From positions 288,001 to 352,000 of the forward strand of contig JANRKO010000006.1 of NCBI GenBank assembly GCA_033763455.1: a stretch of DNA of 64,000 nucleotides. Direction: 5' to 3'. The notes under the pieces are model-generated. The model searched no databases, was not told the origin of the DNA, and saw nothing but the letters and a program-made list of their open reading frames with translations. This stretch comes from Polyangiaceae bacterium. Its GTDB lineage: Bacteria; Myxococcota_A; Polyangia; Polyangiales; Polyangiaceae. Every line of letters starts with the position of its first letter. Position 1 is the stretch's first letter. Both the position numbers and the translations under genes were made by a program. This document shows, one piece after another, positions 45,754-54,615 of the stretch.

Positions 45754-48003
45754 ATGGCCTCGAGCGTTCTAGAGGAACTTCGCAAGATCGCGACAGACAT
45801 CCGAGCCTCCTTCCAGGAGGAGAAGCGACGGCTTTCGTTTCAGGAATACCTGGAGTTGTTCGAAACTGATCCCGTTCGGCATTCCCGCGATGCGTCGCGT
45901 TACGTGCGCGACATGTTCACCTTTTACGGCACCGAGGAAGTTCAGCATCCGTTTGGTGTGGCGACGCGCTTCAAGCTTTTTGATCTGCCCTTTTCCGATC
46001 CCGAAGTAGCCCGCCGCGAGGCCCTTGTTGGCCAAGAAGCGCTCCAGCAGGAAATCTTTCGCTCACTCAATAATTTTGGACGCGAGGGCCGGCCGAACCG
46101 AATGATCCTGCTGCACGGCCCAAACGGATCGGCAAAAACCACCGCGGTGGCTTGCCTCATGCGAGCGCTTGAAAATTACTCAACGCTGGACGAAGGCGCT
46201 CTCTACCGCTTTCATTGGATCTTCCCGAATTACATGAAGCTCAAGGGGTCGATTGGTTTTACCCGTGGGCGAGGCAATGCCAATGATGCTTCGAGCTACG
46301 CCCATCTCGACGAAGAAGAGGTGGACGCGCGTCTTTTCATAGAAGTGCGAGATCATCCGCTTTTTCTGATCCCTGAACCGAAACGCGCTCGGTGGTTAGA
46401 GGACCTCTACGCCCGCACGGGAGCCAAAGAGCCACCCCCGGCTTGGATCGTGCGCGGAAGCCTTTCGCATAAGAGTAAGCAGGTATTTGACGCGCTTTTG
46501 GGCAGTTACGACGGCGATCTCAATGAGGTGCTGCGTCACGTACAGGTAGAGCGCTACTTCATTTCGAGGCGCTACCGCATCGGTGCTGTAACGATTGGTC
46601 CTCAGCTTTCAGTGGATGCTGGAGAACGCCAGGTAACCGCCGACCGCAGCGTGGGTGCATTGCCTACTTCGCTTCAGTCCCTTTCGTTATTCGAGGCCTA
46701 CGGCGAGCTGCTTGATTGCGCTGGAGGAATTGTTGAATTCTCCGACCTATTGAAGCGCCCGCTGGATGCCTTCAAGTATCTCCAGCAGACGGTCGAAACG
46801 GGCACCATTAGCCTGCGTTCTCAGGATGTGGCGCTCAACTGCGTCATGGTGGGTAGTGCGAACGAGCTGCACCTGGCGGCTTTCCGAGAACATCCCGAAT
46901 ACGAGAGTTTTCGCGGCCGCATGGAGCTCATTCGGGCCCCCTATTTGCGGAGTTGGGTTCAAGAGAAGCACATTTACGATTCTCAAATCGCGCCCCAGGT
47001 TCGGCGCCACGTGGCCCCGCACGCTACCGAAATAGGTGCGATGTTCGCGGTACTCACCCGGATGCGCCGTCCGAAGGCCGAACGCTATGAAGGCGCGCTA
47101 GCGCAGTTGATTTCCGAGCTAACGGCCGTCGAGAAAATGGACCTCTATTCCCTCGGGCATCCGCCCGAACGGTTCAGTGAAGACGCCCGCAAGCTCCTGC
47201 GAGCGAACATCCACAAGCTCTACCACGAGAGTGACGCGTACCCCGTTTTCGAAGGTGGAAGCGGCGCGAGCCCGCGCGAGATGCGCACTGTGCTCTTGGA
47301 TGCGGCGCAGAGCCCACTCCATGAGTGCCTGTCACCTTTTGCTGTGCTCCGGGAGCTCGACGAACTATGTTCCCGCCCGAATGATTACCCGTTTTTGCAA
47401 GAAGAACGCTTGCCGGGTGGCTACCACGACCACGCTCTTTTCAGGAGCCTTTTGCGGCAACGGTTGCTTGATGAGCTCGAAGCGGAAATGTGCGCGGCGA
47501 GTGGGCTCGTAGATGAAGCCCGCTATGCGGAACTGTTCGAGCGCTACATTTCGCATGTAAGCTTCTGGATTAAAGGTGAAAAGATCCAGAATCCGGTTAC
47601 CGGTCAGCATGAAAATCCGGACGAGAATTTGATGAGCGAAGTGGAGGCACTCATTGGGGGTGCGGATCGCCCCGAGCAAGTGCGGCACACGCTGATCAAC
47701 TTGATTGGTGCCTGGGCTGTCGATCACCAAGGCGAACCTGTGAGTAGCTCAGCGATCTTTAGGGAGTACACCAAGCGCTTGAAAGATGCGGTATTTACTC
47801 AGCGCCGCACACCCATCGCCAAAATTTGTCGAGACATGGTGGTGCTCCTTCGCGACAACGGCTCAGGCCTCGATAGCGCGCAGAAGAAAACGGCGTCCGA
47901 GGCTATCGAGCGAATGAAATCGCGCTTTGGTTACGAGGAAGCTTCCGCTGTAGATGCCTGTGCAGCCCTCCTGAGCGAACGTTTTGCGGATGTTTTCCAC
48001 TAA
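45754..48003 (+). CDS. prkA: PrkA/YeaG-family AAA+ serine protein kinase
   Basis: LLHGPNGSAKT P-loop, GIVEFSDLLK, RGRMELIRAPY, VAPHA, GASPRE, FGY...A C-terminus. Confidence 0.85.
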   Translation: MASSVLEELRKIATDIRASFQEEKRRLSFQEYLELFETDPVRHSRDASRYVRDMFTFYGTEEVQHPFGVATRFKLFDLPFSDPEVARREALVGQEALQQEIFRSLNNFGREGRPNRMILLHGPNGSAKTTAVACLMRALENYSTLDEGALYRFHWIFPNYMKLKGSIGFTRGRGNANDASSYAHLDEEEVDARLFIEVRDHPLFLIPEPKRARWLEDLYARTGAKEPPPAWIVRGSLSHKSKQVFDALLGSYDGDLNEVLRHVQVERYFISRRYRIGAVTIGPQLSVDAGERQVTADRSVGALPTSLQSLSLFEAYGELLDCAGGIVEFSDLLKRPLDAFKYLQQTVETGTISLRSQDVALNCVMVGSANELHLAAFREHPEYESFRGRMELIRAPYLRSWVQEKHIYDSQIAPQVRRHVAPHATEIGAMFAVLTRMRRPKAERYEGALAQLISELTAVEKMDLYSLGHPPERFSEDARKLLRANIHKLYHESDAYPVFEGGSGASPREMRTVLLDAAQSPLHECLSPFAVLRELDELCSRPNDYPFLQEERLPGGYHDHALFRSLLRQRLLDELEAEMCAASGLVDEARYAELFERYISHVSFWIKGEKIQNPVTGQHENPDENLMSEVEALIGGADRPEQVRHTLINLIGAWAVDHQGEPVSSSAIFREYTKRLKDAVFTQRRTPIAKICRDMVVLLRDNGSGLDSAQKKTASEAIERMKSRFGYEEASAVDACAALLSERFADVFH

Positions 48004-48113
48004 AGGCGGCGTCCGGAAAAGCGCCCCGGTGCCTCTCCTTGCCTCTCTCCCATGCTTCGGAAGATTCTCGCTCAGTCGACCAAAGGCTTGCTCGGCATTA
48101 TTGAGGTAGGGCG

Positions 48114-48905
48114 ATGATCGATACCCATTGTCACTTGGATGCCCGGAGCTTTCCAGAGGGGGCCGACGCCGTGATCGAGCGAGCGAACCAGGCGGGCGTG
48201 TTTGGGTTTGTTTGCATCGGGGTAAGCGACCTTGCCACGGCCCAGTTTGCAAAAGATCTCGCCGAGCGTCGCTCCGATGTTGCGGCCACGGCCGGCGTGC
48301 ACCCGCACGATGCCTCCAGTTATTCGGACGAACTCGAACAGCAGCTAGCCGCCTTTTTCGAAAGTGAACACGTGGTTGCCGTTGGCGAAACGGGCCTAGA
48401 TTACCATTACCATCATTCTCCGAAAGAGACCCAGGCCGAAGTCTTTCGCCGGCAAATCTCACTCGCGCGTTCCGCCCGTAAGCCTCTAGTTATCCACACA
48501 CGCACGGCTCCCGCCGATACCCTCGACATTCTCACGAGCGAAAACGCACGGGACGTCGGCGGTGTCATTCACTGCTTTAGCGAAGACCTGCCCTTCGCCG
48601 AACGAGCTCTGTCATTAGGGTTCGATTTGTCGTTCTCGGGCATCGTTACTTTCAAGACGGCGCACGCCATCAAGGAGGTGGCCCGCTGGGCCCCCCTCAC
48701 GAGCATTCTCCTGGAGACAGACAGCCCCTATCTCTCCCCAATGCCACTCAGGGGGAAGCGCTGCGAGCCCGGCTACATGGAGCACACGGCCCGCTTCATC
48801 GCTGAGCTCCGGGGGATTTCCCTGCCTGAGCTCGATCGAGTCACAACGGAGAATGCCATTCGGCGATTTGGCCCCCGGCTGGCCGCTTCACCCTTGACAG
48901 CCTGA
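48114..48905 (+). CDS. tatD: TatD-family deoxyribonuclease
   Basis: IDTHCHL, GVHPH, VGETGLDY, IHTR, IHCFS and LETDSPYL motifs. Confidence 0.95.
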   Translation: MIDTHCHLDARSFPEGADAVIERANQAGVFGFVCIGVSDLATAQFAKDLAERRSDVAATAGVHPHDASSYSDELEQQLAAFFESEHVVAVGETGLDYHYHHSPKETQAEVFRRQISLARSARKPLVIHTRTAPADTLDILTSENARDVGGVIHCFSEDLPFAERALSLGFDLSFSGIVTFKTAHAIKEVARWAPLTSILLETDSPYLSPMPLRGKRCEPGYMEHTARFIAELRGISLPELDRVTTENAIRRFGPRLAASPLTA

Positions 48906-48923
48906 CCCGGCTTTCCCCATAGT
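48894..48923 (+). promoter_or_regulatory. Sigma70 promoter for tRNA-Met, overlapping the tatD 3' end
   Basis: TTGACA-N18-CATAGT followed by the GC-rich discriminator GCCGGCC. Confidence 0.6.
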
Positions 48924-48935
48924 GCCGGCCCTTTT

Positions 48936-49009
48936 GCCGAAGTAGCTCAGCTGGTTAGAGCACGCGCTTCATAAGTGCGGGGTCGACGGTTCAAGTCCGT
49001 CCTTCGGTA
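48936..49009 (+). tRNA. tRNA-Met (CAT), elongator type; CCA not encoded
   Basis: Acceptor GCCGAAG/CTTCGGT, D-stem GCTC/GAGC, anticodon arm CGCGC-TTCATAA-GTGCG, T arm GACGG-TTCAAGT-CCGTC. Lacks the initiator C1:A72 mismatch and the GGG/CCC anticodon stem. Confidence 0.88.
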
Positions 49010-49139
49010 CCGAGAATCTTGAGTGATTGCGGGGGCTTCTGGAGCCTTCGCAAGCGTGGGAGGTTCGTGGCACCTGGGGTTCCCGCCCGGCGTTGGGGTG
49101 GCGCTTTAGGCGTAAAGAGGATCGGCCGTTGGTGGGTCA

Positions 49140-49544
49140 ATGACTTCGGCCGCTACGCGTCCAACCCTCCTCCTGGTAGACGATTCCACCGAAGTGCTGG
49201 AGCAGGCGAGTGCTTACCTCGAGCACCAGGGGTATCGCGTCGTGTGCGTCGCCGATGCTTTTGACGCTTTGGCTGTGATGCGCGAGCAGAAGCCACACCT
49301 TGTGATTCTCGACATTCAGATGCCGTTCGAGGGTGACGCAGTGGCGCGACTCCTAGATCGGTTTCATTCGACGCCTCTCATCTATTACTCCGCTGTGGAT
49401 GACTCTGTTGGTGAGGCTTTGGCACGTAAGAGCAAAAACGCGAGTTTCGTACCCAAGGGTACGGGCCTTCGCGCCTTGGCTCGCGAAATCGCCGGGCGGC
49501 TGATCGCTGAAGCCGAAATCATTCCGCCTCGCGGTCCTAGCTGA
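49140..49544 (+). CDS. Single-domain response regulator (receiver only)
   Basis: LLVDD, VILDIQMP, YYSA and FVPK motifs. Confidence 0.88.
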   Translation: MTSAATRPTLLLVDDSTEVLEQASAYLEHQGYRVVCVADAFDALAVMREQKPHLVILDIQMPFEGDAVARLLDRFHSTPLIYYSAVDDSVGEALARKSKNASFVPKGTGLRALAREIAGRLIAEAEIIPPRGPS

Positions 49545-49588
49545 CGAGACCTCAGCGTCTTTTTCCACTTAACGGAGAACCACCAAAG

Positions 49589-50755
49589 ATGTCGACAACC
49601 GCCAAGCTGAGCGTCAAAAAGGGCGCGTCTACTGCGAGCGACCCGATCCTTGCAGCACGCGAGCTTCACTCCGCCTTGTTCCAACAAGACATCTCGTTGG
49701 TGGTGTTCTTCTGCTCGCCGCGTTACCCGCTAGATCCCCTTGCAACTGAGCTTGCTAGGCTTTTCGGAGAGACCGAGATTGTGGGCTGCACCACAGCGGG
49801 AGAAATCTCTCCGATCGGCTATCTGGAGGGATCCATTACCGGCGTAAGTATTGCTTCAGCCGACTTCCGCGCGGCTACTGCACGCATTGACAACATCGGT
49901 CAGTTTGACGTCACCGATGCAGAGCGTGTTGCCACTCTGGTTAATGCCAAACTTGCCGGGCACGACGGCGCAGCATTGCCCGAACAGCGATTCGGATTCT
50001 TGTTGATCGATGGGTTGTGTACGCAAGAAGAGCTCGTGACAAGTGCGCTCTACCGTGCGCTTGGGGGCATTGATTTGTTTGGTGGGTCAGCGGGGGATGG
50101 CGTTGATTTCGTGAGTACCTACGTGTACCACGCGGGAGCCTTCCACTCGAACGCGGCGGTGATAACGGTAGTCGCCACGAGCTTGCCGTTCATGGTCTTC
50201 AAGACTCAGCATTTTGTGGGTTCAAACTCCAAGATGGTGGTTACCGAGGCTGATCCTGTGCGGCGTATTGTTAGCGAAATCAACGGAGAGCCTGCGGGGC
50301 GCGAATACGCGAGGGTTGTGGGGCTTGATGTGGATAAGCTGACGCCGATGATCTTTGCATCACATCCCGTTGTGGTAAAGCTCGGTGGGGAAGTTTATGT
50401 CCGATCCATTCAGAAACTGAACGATGACGGAAGCCTTTCCTTCTTCTGCGCCATCGACGAAGGCATTGTTCTGACCCTCGCGCAGGGCGTTGATATTGTT
50501 GAAAACCTGCAAGGGGCGTTCGCCTCGGTTCGCGAACGTATGGGGACACCGGAGCTCGTGTTGGGGTGCGATTGCATTCTGCGAAACCTGGAGCTTCAAC
50601 AGCGCGCTCTTCGGGAGAAAGTGGGTGACATCTTCAGGGAGAACAACGTGATTGGCTTTGCGACGTACGGGGAACAGTTCAACGCCATGCACGTGAATCA
50701 GACATTTACCGGGGTTGCCATTGGGACTTCTAAAGGTGAGAGGGAGCGAGCATGA
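49589..50755 (+). CDS. nosP: FIST-domain signalling protein, NosP-like NO/heme sensor
   Basis: VVFFCS, VGCTTAGEI, LLIDGL..EE, FGGSAGD, EINGEPA, LSFFCAIDEG, GCDCILR, GFATYGEQ...HVNQTFTG. Confidence 0.9.
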   Translation: MSTTAKLSVKKGASTASDPILAARELHSALFQQDISLVVFFCSPRYPLDPLATELARLFGETEIVGCTTAGEISPIGYLEGSITGVSIASADFRAATARIDNIGQFDVTDAERVATLVNAKLAGHDGAALPEQRFGFLLIDGLCTQEELVTSALYRALGGIDLFGGSAGDGVDFVSTYVYHAGAFHSNAAVITVVATSLPFMVFKTQHFVGSNSKMVVTEADPVRRIVSEINGEPAGREYARVVGLDVDKLTPMIFASHPVVVKLGGEVYVRSIQKLNDDGSLSFFCAIDEGIVLTLAQGVDIVENLQGAFASVRERMGTPELVLGCDCILRNLELQQRALREKVGDIFRENNVIGFATYGEQFNAMHVNQTFTGVAIGTSKGERERA

Positions 50756-52206
50756 CTGAGGGACGCGCAGAGCTCGAACGGGAGGTTGCCCGGCTCACCA
50801 AGATCAATCAGGCTCTTTTAGGGCGCGTGGAGCGATCCATGAACATGCAAGGCGATGCTTTTGCCTTGTTTCAAGCGGCGACGGTTCTCGAAAAGAAGGT
50901 GAAAGAACGTACCCTGGAGCTCGAGCAGGCGCTCCGCGAGCTACGGCTCACCAATCGTGATCTGAGCGAAGCTAAAGAAGCCGCTGAGGCTGCGGTGCGA
51001 TTCAAGGACGCTTTTTTGGCGAGCATGAGTCACGAGCTTCGAACTCCGCTCAATGCCGTGCTGGGGCTGTCGGAGACACTGCAGGACGGTGTCTATGGTC
51101 CCGTGAGCGACAGGCAAGCCGAATGCTTGCGAACGATCGAATCGAGTGGGCGCCATCTGCTCACACTGATCAACGATATTTTGGATCTCGCCAAGCTAGG
51201 AGCTGGCGGTTTTAGCGCGAACCTAGGTGTTGTTACTTTGCAGGCGGTGTGTGGGGGGTGTCTGCAGTTGGTTCAGCAGCAAGCCGAGCGCAAGCGAGTT
51301 GAGCTCAAGTTGGATATGAGCCGGAGTCCGGCCGGACTTGTGAGCGATGAAAAGCGTCTGAAGCAGATCCTGGTGAACTTGCTGGGCAATGCCGTAAAAT
51401 TCACGCCGAGTGGTGGTTCCGTTGAGCTTGCGGTAGAGCTCGAAAGCGACGGAAGCACACTCTTTTCCGTCAGCGACACGGGGATCGGGATTTCGCCGGA
51501 AAATTTGGAGCGGGTCTTTCAGCCATTTGTTCAGATCGAGAGTAGCCTGTCGCGTCGGTATGAAGGCACGGGCCTCGGACTGGCGTTGGTGCAGCAACTT
51601 TCCACACTGTTGGGTGGCTCTGTTAGCGTGGAGAGCACCCCCGGCAGGGGGAGCCGTTTCAGTGTGCGGCTACCACCCAGCTCGGAGCTCGCTGCGGGTG
51701 GCTCTGTTCCACGTGACACCCAGATTGGTAATCTGCGGCGTTCGAGCTTGCGTGTTCGCGAGGCGCTGACGGCAACAAATTCCGAAATGCTTGCCGTTGG
51801 CGGCGTGAGTGAGCCTTCGATAGCGCCCACCGGAACGCGTGGTCTGGTGCTGCTGGCAGAAGATAATGAAGCGAATCAGGCTACGATTGGCGGGTATCTC
51901 AACGCCCGCGGTTATCAGGTGGAGCTGGCCAAAAATGGACGTGAAGCCGTTGAATTCGCCGGTCGAAAGGCATTTGATATCGTGCTGATGGATGTGCAAA
52001 TGCCAGAAATGGATGGCCTTACGGCGATTCAGCGGATCCGGGAGAACGCCGAAATGGGGAATATGCCGATTATCGCCCTCACCGCTCTAGCAATGGTCGG
52101 TGATAGGGAGAGATGCCTTGCGGCTGGAGCCGACGAATATTTGAGCAAGCCACTCGTGTTGCGCGACCTTGTTCGCCACATGGAAGCCCATTTGAACACT
52201 AGGTAG
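50752..52206 (+). CDS. Cytoplasmic hybrid histidine kinase (coiled coil, HisKA, HATPase, REC), NahK-like
   Basis: ATGA overlap with the FIST gene; N-terminal INQALLGRVERSM..QGDAFALFQ; MSHELRTPLN, NAVKFT, DTGIG, GTGLGL; REC LMDVQMP. Confidence 0.9.
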   Translation: MTEGRAELEREVARLTKINQALLGRVERSMNMQGDAFALFQAATVLEKKVKERTLELEQALRELRLTNRDLSEAKEAAEAAVRFKDAFLASMSHELRTPLNAVLGLSETLQDGVYGPVSDRQAECLRTIESSGRHLLTLINDILDLAKLGAGGFSANLGVVTLQAVCGGCLQLVQQQAERKRVELKLDMSRSPAGLVSDEKRLKQILVNLLGNAVKFTPSGGSVELAVELESDGSTLFSVSDTGIGISPENLERVFQPFVQIESSLSRRYEGTGLGLALVQQLSTLLGGSVSVESTPGRGSRFSVRLPPSSELAAGGSVPRDTQIGNLRRSSLRVREALTATNSEMLAVGGVSEPSIAPTGTRGLVLLAEDNEANQATIGGYLNARGYQVELAKNGREAVEFAGRKAFDIVLMDVQMPEMDGLTAIQRIRENAEMGNMPIIALTALAMVGDRERCLAAGADEYLSKPLVLRDLVRHMEAHLNTR

Positions 52207-52295
52207 ATCGGGTTGCCGCTCGATGCGAGCTGGGTGCTCGCGTCGCGTGAAGTCAATTCCGGAAAGATCGTGCTTTTGCAGCCTCCTGGCGAGAG

Positions 52296-52700
52296 TCAAG
52301 CGACAGCGGCTACGGGAGCCCGCGAGCGGCGTTTCTCGAATACCTGCCGGACGATCTTCGGCAACCGATCGAGGTCGCACTTTTCTACCAACGCGTCCGC
52401 TTTCACGACGTCTCCGAGTTGCCCGAGCTCAGCCGCGTCACCCGAGATGAGGATCACGCTGAGGTTGCCTACCTTGGGGTTGCTGCGGAGCAAAGCTGCG
52501 AGCTTATCTCCCCGCATGCTAGGCATCAGCACATCGATCACGACTACGTCGATGGCATTCTGCACTATGGCTTTGGTGGCCCCAATAGGCGTTGGGAGCG
52601 ACTCTACCCAGCAGCCAGCCTCGGTCAGGTCGTCCGCCATCGTCTGGCGAACAATGTCGTCGTCATCGACCACTAAGACACGGATTGGATTGATCGCCAT
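52296..52700 (-). CDS. Single-domain response regulator (receiver only)
   Basis: VLVVDDD, VIDVLMP, LISG and LVEK motifs. Confidence 0.88.
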   Translation of the reverse strand: MAINPIRVLVVDDDDIVRQTMADDLTEAGCWVESLPTPIGATKAIVQNAIDVVVIDVLMPSMRGDKLAALLRSNPKVGNLSVILISGDAAELGQLGDVVKADALVEKCDLDRLPKIVRQVFEKRRSRAPVAAVA

Positions 52701-52774
52701 CTTGGCTCACCTTGTTCTTGAAAAGTACGCCGGTTGCAGACTACCCGCAGCGGAAGCCGCGTGCCTAAACCCTG

Positions 52775-52790
52775 AGCAAGGAGCGTGCCG
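52775..52790 (-). promoter_or_regulatory. Sigma54 (-24/-12) promoter for the 52296-52700 receiver gene
   Basis: Minus strand CGGCACG-CTCC-TTGCT versus consensus TGGCACG-N4-TTGCW, with exact GG-N10-GC spacing. Confidence 0.75.
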
Positions 52791-52850
52791 TGGTACACCC
52801 CAGTGTCTGGACCCTTGATTCGCGAAGGTGTCACGCGCCCTGGACGTCAA

Positions 52851-52924
52851 GTTGTGCAACGTGTTGTGCAGGCAGAAGTGCATTTTGCACAGACTGGACA
52901 TTTTCGTACGTACCGTTGCACAAC
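52851..52924. promoter_or_regulatory. Enhancer-like (UAS) inverted repeats upstream of the sigma54 promoter
   Basis: GTTGTGCAACG (52851-52861) and CGTTGCACAAC (52914-52924) form an inverted repeat; extra GTTGTGCA at 52863-52870; palindrome GTGCA-TTT-TGCAC at 52878-52890. Confidence 0.6.
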
Positions 52925-53216
52925 CCCTTGAGTTATCGCGTCATCCTCTGCGCAACAGCGCCAACACTCTGTCGTTGGCGTGGATCAACCTGAGATTTGG
53001 TGCCTGCCTCAACCGTCCTGCGCAGAGACATGTCTGATATTTGGGGGGCTGGAGCCCCGTGTTGGCCTTGGCGCGGCGGTTTACGGTGCTCGCGATCACG
53101 GTTTCTAGCTATCCCACAGCTTAACTACCGTGCCGGTGCGCCGTTCCCATCGTCGTGGTTGAAGCAAGTCCTCGCCGCCCTTCCCCCGACGGGCGCCCAC
53201 AACTGAGCATTCCGGC

Positions 53217-54581
53217 ATGGATGGGAACCGACCGGTGACGACAAGCGCATCCGATTCCGGAACCTTCCTGCTGCTCTCCACCGACATGAGCGGCACCAAA
53301 CACACGTACCCGCTGCCCACCCTGGGGACTGTTGTAATTGGCAGGGGAGCCAATTGCAGCTTTCGTATTTTTGATCCGTCCGTATCCAGGGAACACGCCA
53401 GACTTTCTGCGCACGAGGGGCTAACGGTTGAGGACCTCGGGAGCTCAAATGGTTCGTACATTTTGAGAGTTCCGGAGGTGAAGCTGGTGCCGGGCGAGCC
53501 CGAAACCGTATTCCCTGGGGAACGCGTTAGGCTCGGTGATGTTGTTCTTAGAATCGAGAGCCATTGCGTGCGCAGGGTTCAATCGACTGCGACAGTTCGC
53601 CCAATTCCGCGGCAGCCAATTCCCGACCAGCCGCCCATTTCGTTGGCGATGGCGGCCGTTTATAATCTTATCGAGCGCGCGGCGAAATCCACTCTTCCGG
53701 TCCTTATTTCTGGGGAAACCGGGGTGGGTAAGGAAATGCTCGCTTCCAAGGTCCATGAGTTGTCTCAGCGTGCAGAGGGGCCGCTTCTGAAGCTCAATTG
53801 CGCTGCACTCTCGGAGTCCTTGTTGGAGAGCCAAATGTTTGGACACGAGCGCGGAGCCTTCACCGGAGCGAATCAAGCGAAGACAGGTATGCTCGAAGCG
53901 ACGAACGGAGGCACCGTCTTCTTGGATGAAGTGGGAGAACTTCCTCCGTCGCTTCAGGCGAAGTTGTTGCGCGTGCTTGAAGAAGGAAAGGTGTTACGAG
54001 TTGGATCCAACACGCCGCGGAGTGTCGACATCCGGATTGTGTCTGCGACGAATCGAAACCTGGCTGAGGAAGTGCAACAGGGACGGTTTCGCCGTGATCT
54101 TTTCTTTCGGCTCAACGCCGTTTCGGTCAATGTGCCCTCGCTTCGCGAGCGACGGGCCGAAATAATGCCGCTGGCTCGACACTTTATTGAAGCGGCATGC
54201 CGAGAATCTGGGAGGTCGACTCCAGACATCTCGGAGGAGGCAGCGGTGGTGCTCTTGGAGCATAGCTGGTCGGGAAATGTTCGAGAGCTCAAGAATGTAG
54301 TGGAACGAGCCTTGCTCATGTGTGACCACGGAGTCATTCGGCCCGAGCACCTGCACCTGCAATTTTCGGACGAATTTAGCTCGATTGAGCCATCGACGCA
54401 GACCTACTCCCCGATTCGGGTGAACGCTCGCCAAGTGGAGCGCCAGGAGATCGAGCAAGCACTCATAACCTGCGGACAGAACCAAACGCGGGCAGCAAAA
54501 CTCCTTGGGATCTCGCGGCGAACGCTCATTAACCGGATGGAAGAGTTCGATATGCCGAGGCCCCGCAAGGGAGCACCTTAA
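53217..54581 (+). CDS. FHA-domain sigma54-dependent enhancer-binding protein
   Basis: Canonical FHA (IGRG...VSREHA...DLGSSNG), GETGVGKE, GAFTGA, FLDEVGE, WSGNVREL, HTH NQTRAAKLLGISRRTL. Confidence 0.93.
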   Translation: MDGNRPVTTSASDSGTFLLLSTDMSGTKHTYPLPTLGTVVIGRGANCSFRIFDPSVSREHARLSAHEGLTVEDLGSSNGSYILRVPEVKLVPGEPETVFPGERVRLGDVVLRIESHCVRRVQSTATVRPIPRQPIPDQPPISLAMAAVYNLIERAAKSTLPVLISGETGVGKEMLASKVHELSQRAEGPLLKLNCAALSESLLESQMFGHERGAFTGANQAKTGMLEATNGGTVFLDEVGELPPSLQAKLLRVLEEGKVLRVGSNTPRSVDIRIVSATNRNLAEEVQQGRFRRDLFFRLNAVSVNVPSLRERRAEIMPLARHFIEAACRESGRSTPDISEEAAVVLLEHSWSGNVRELKNVVERALLMCDHGVIRPEHLHLQFSDEFSSIEPSTQTYSPIRVNARQVERQEIEQALITCGQNQTRAAKLLGISRRTLINRMEEFDMPRPRKGAP

Positions 54582-54615
54582 GGACAGCCGCATTAGTACC
54601 GTACCGAGCCAAGCC

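Noticed and set aside
49010..49139. Integrative element or prophage att site at tRNA-Met
   Set aside because: No integrase, no duplicated tRNA 3' end and no phage genes seen in the window; a remnant cannot be excluded.
52213..52818. 201-aa + strand ORF after the NahK-like kinase
   Set aside because: Antisense to a clear receiver gene that has its own sigma54 promoter.
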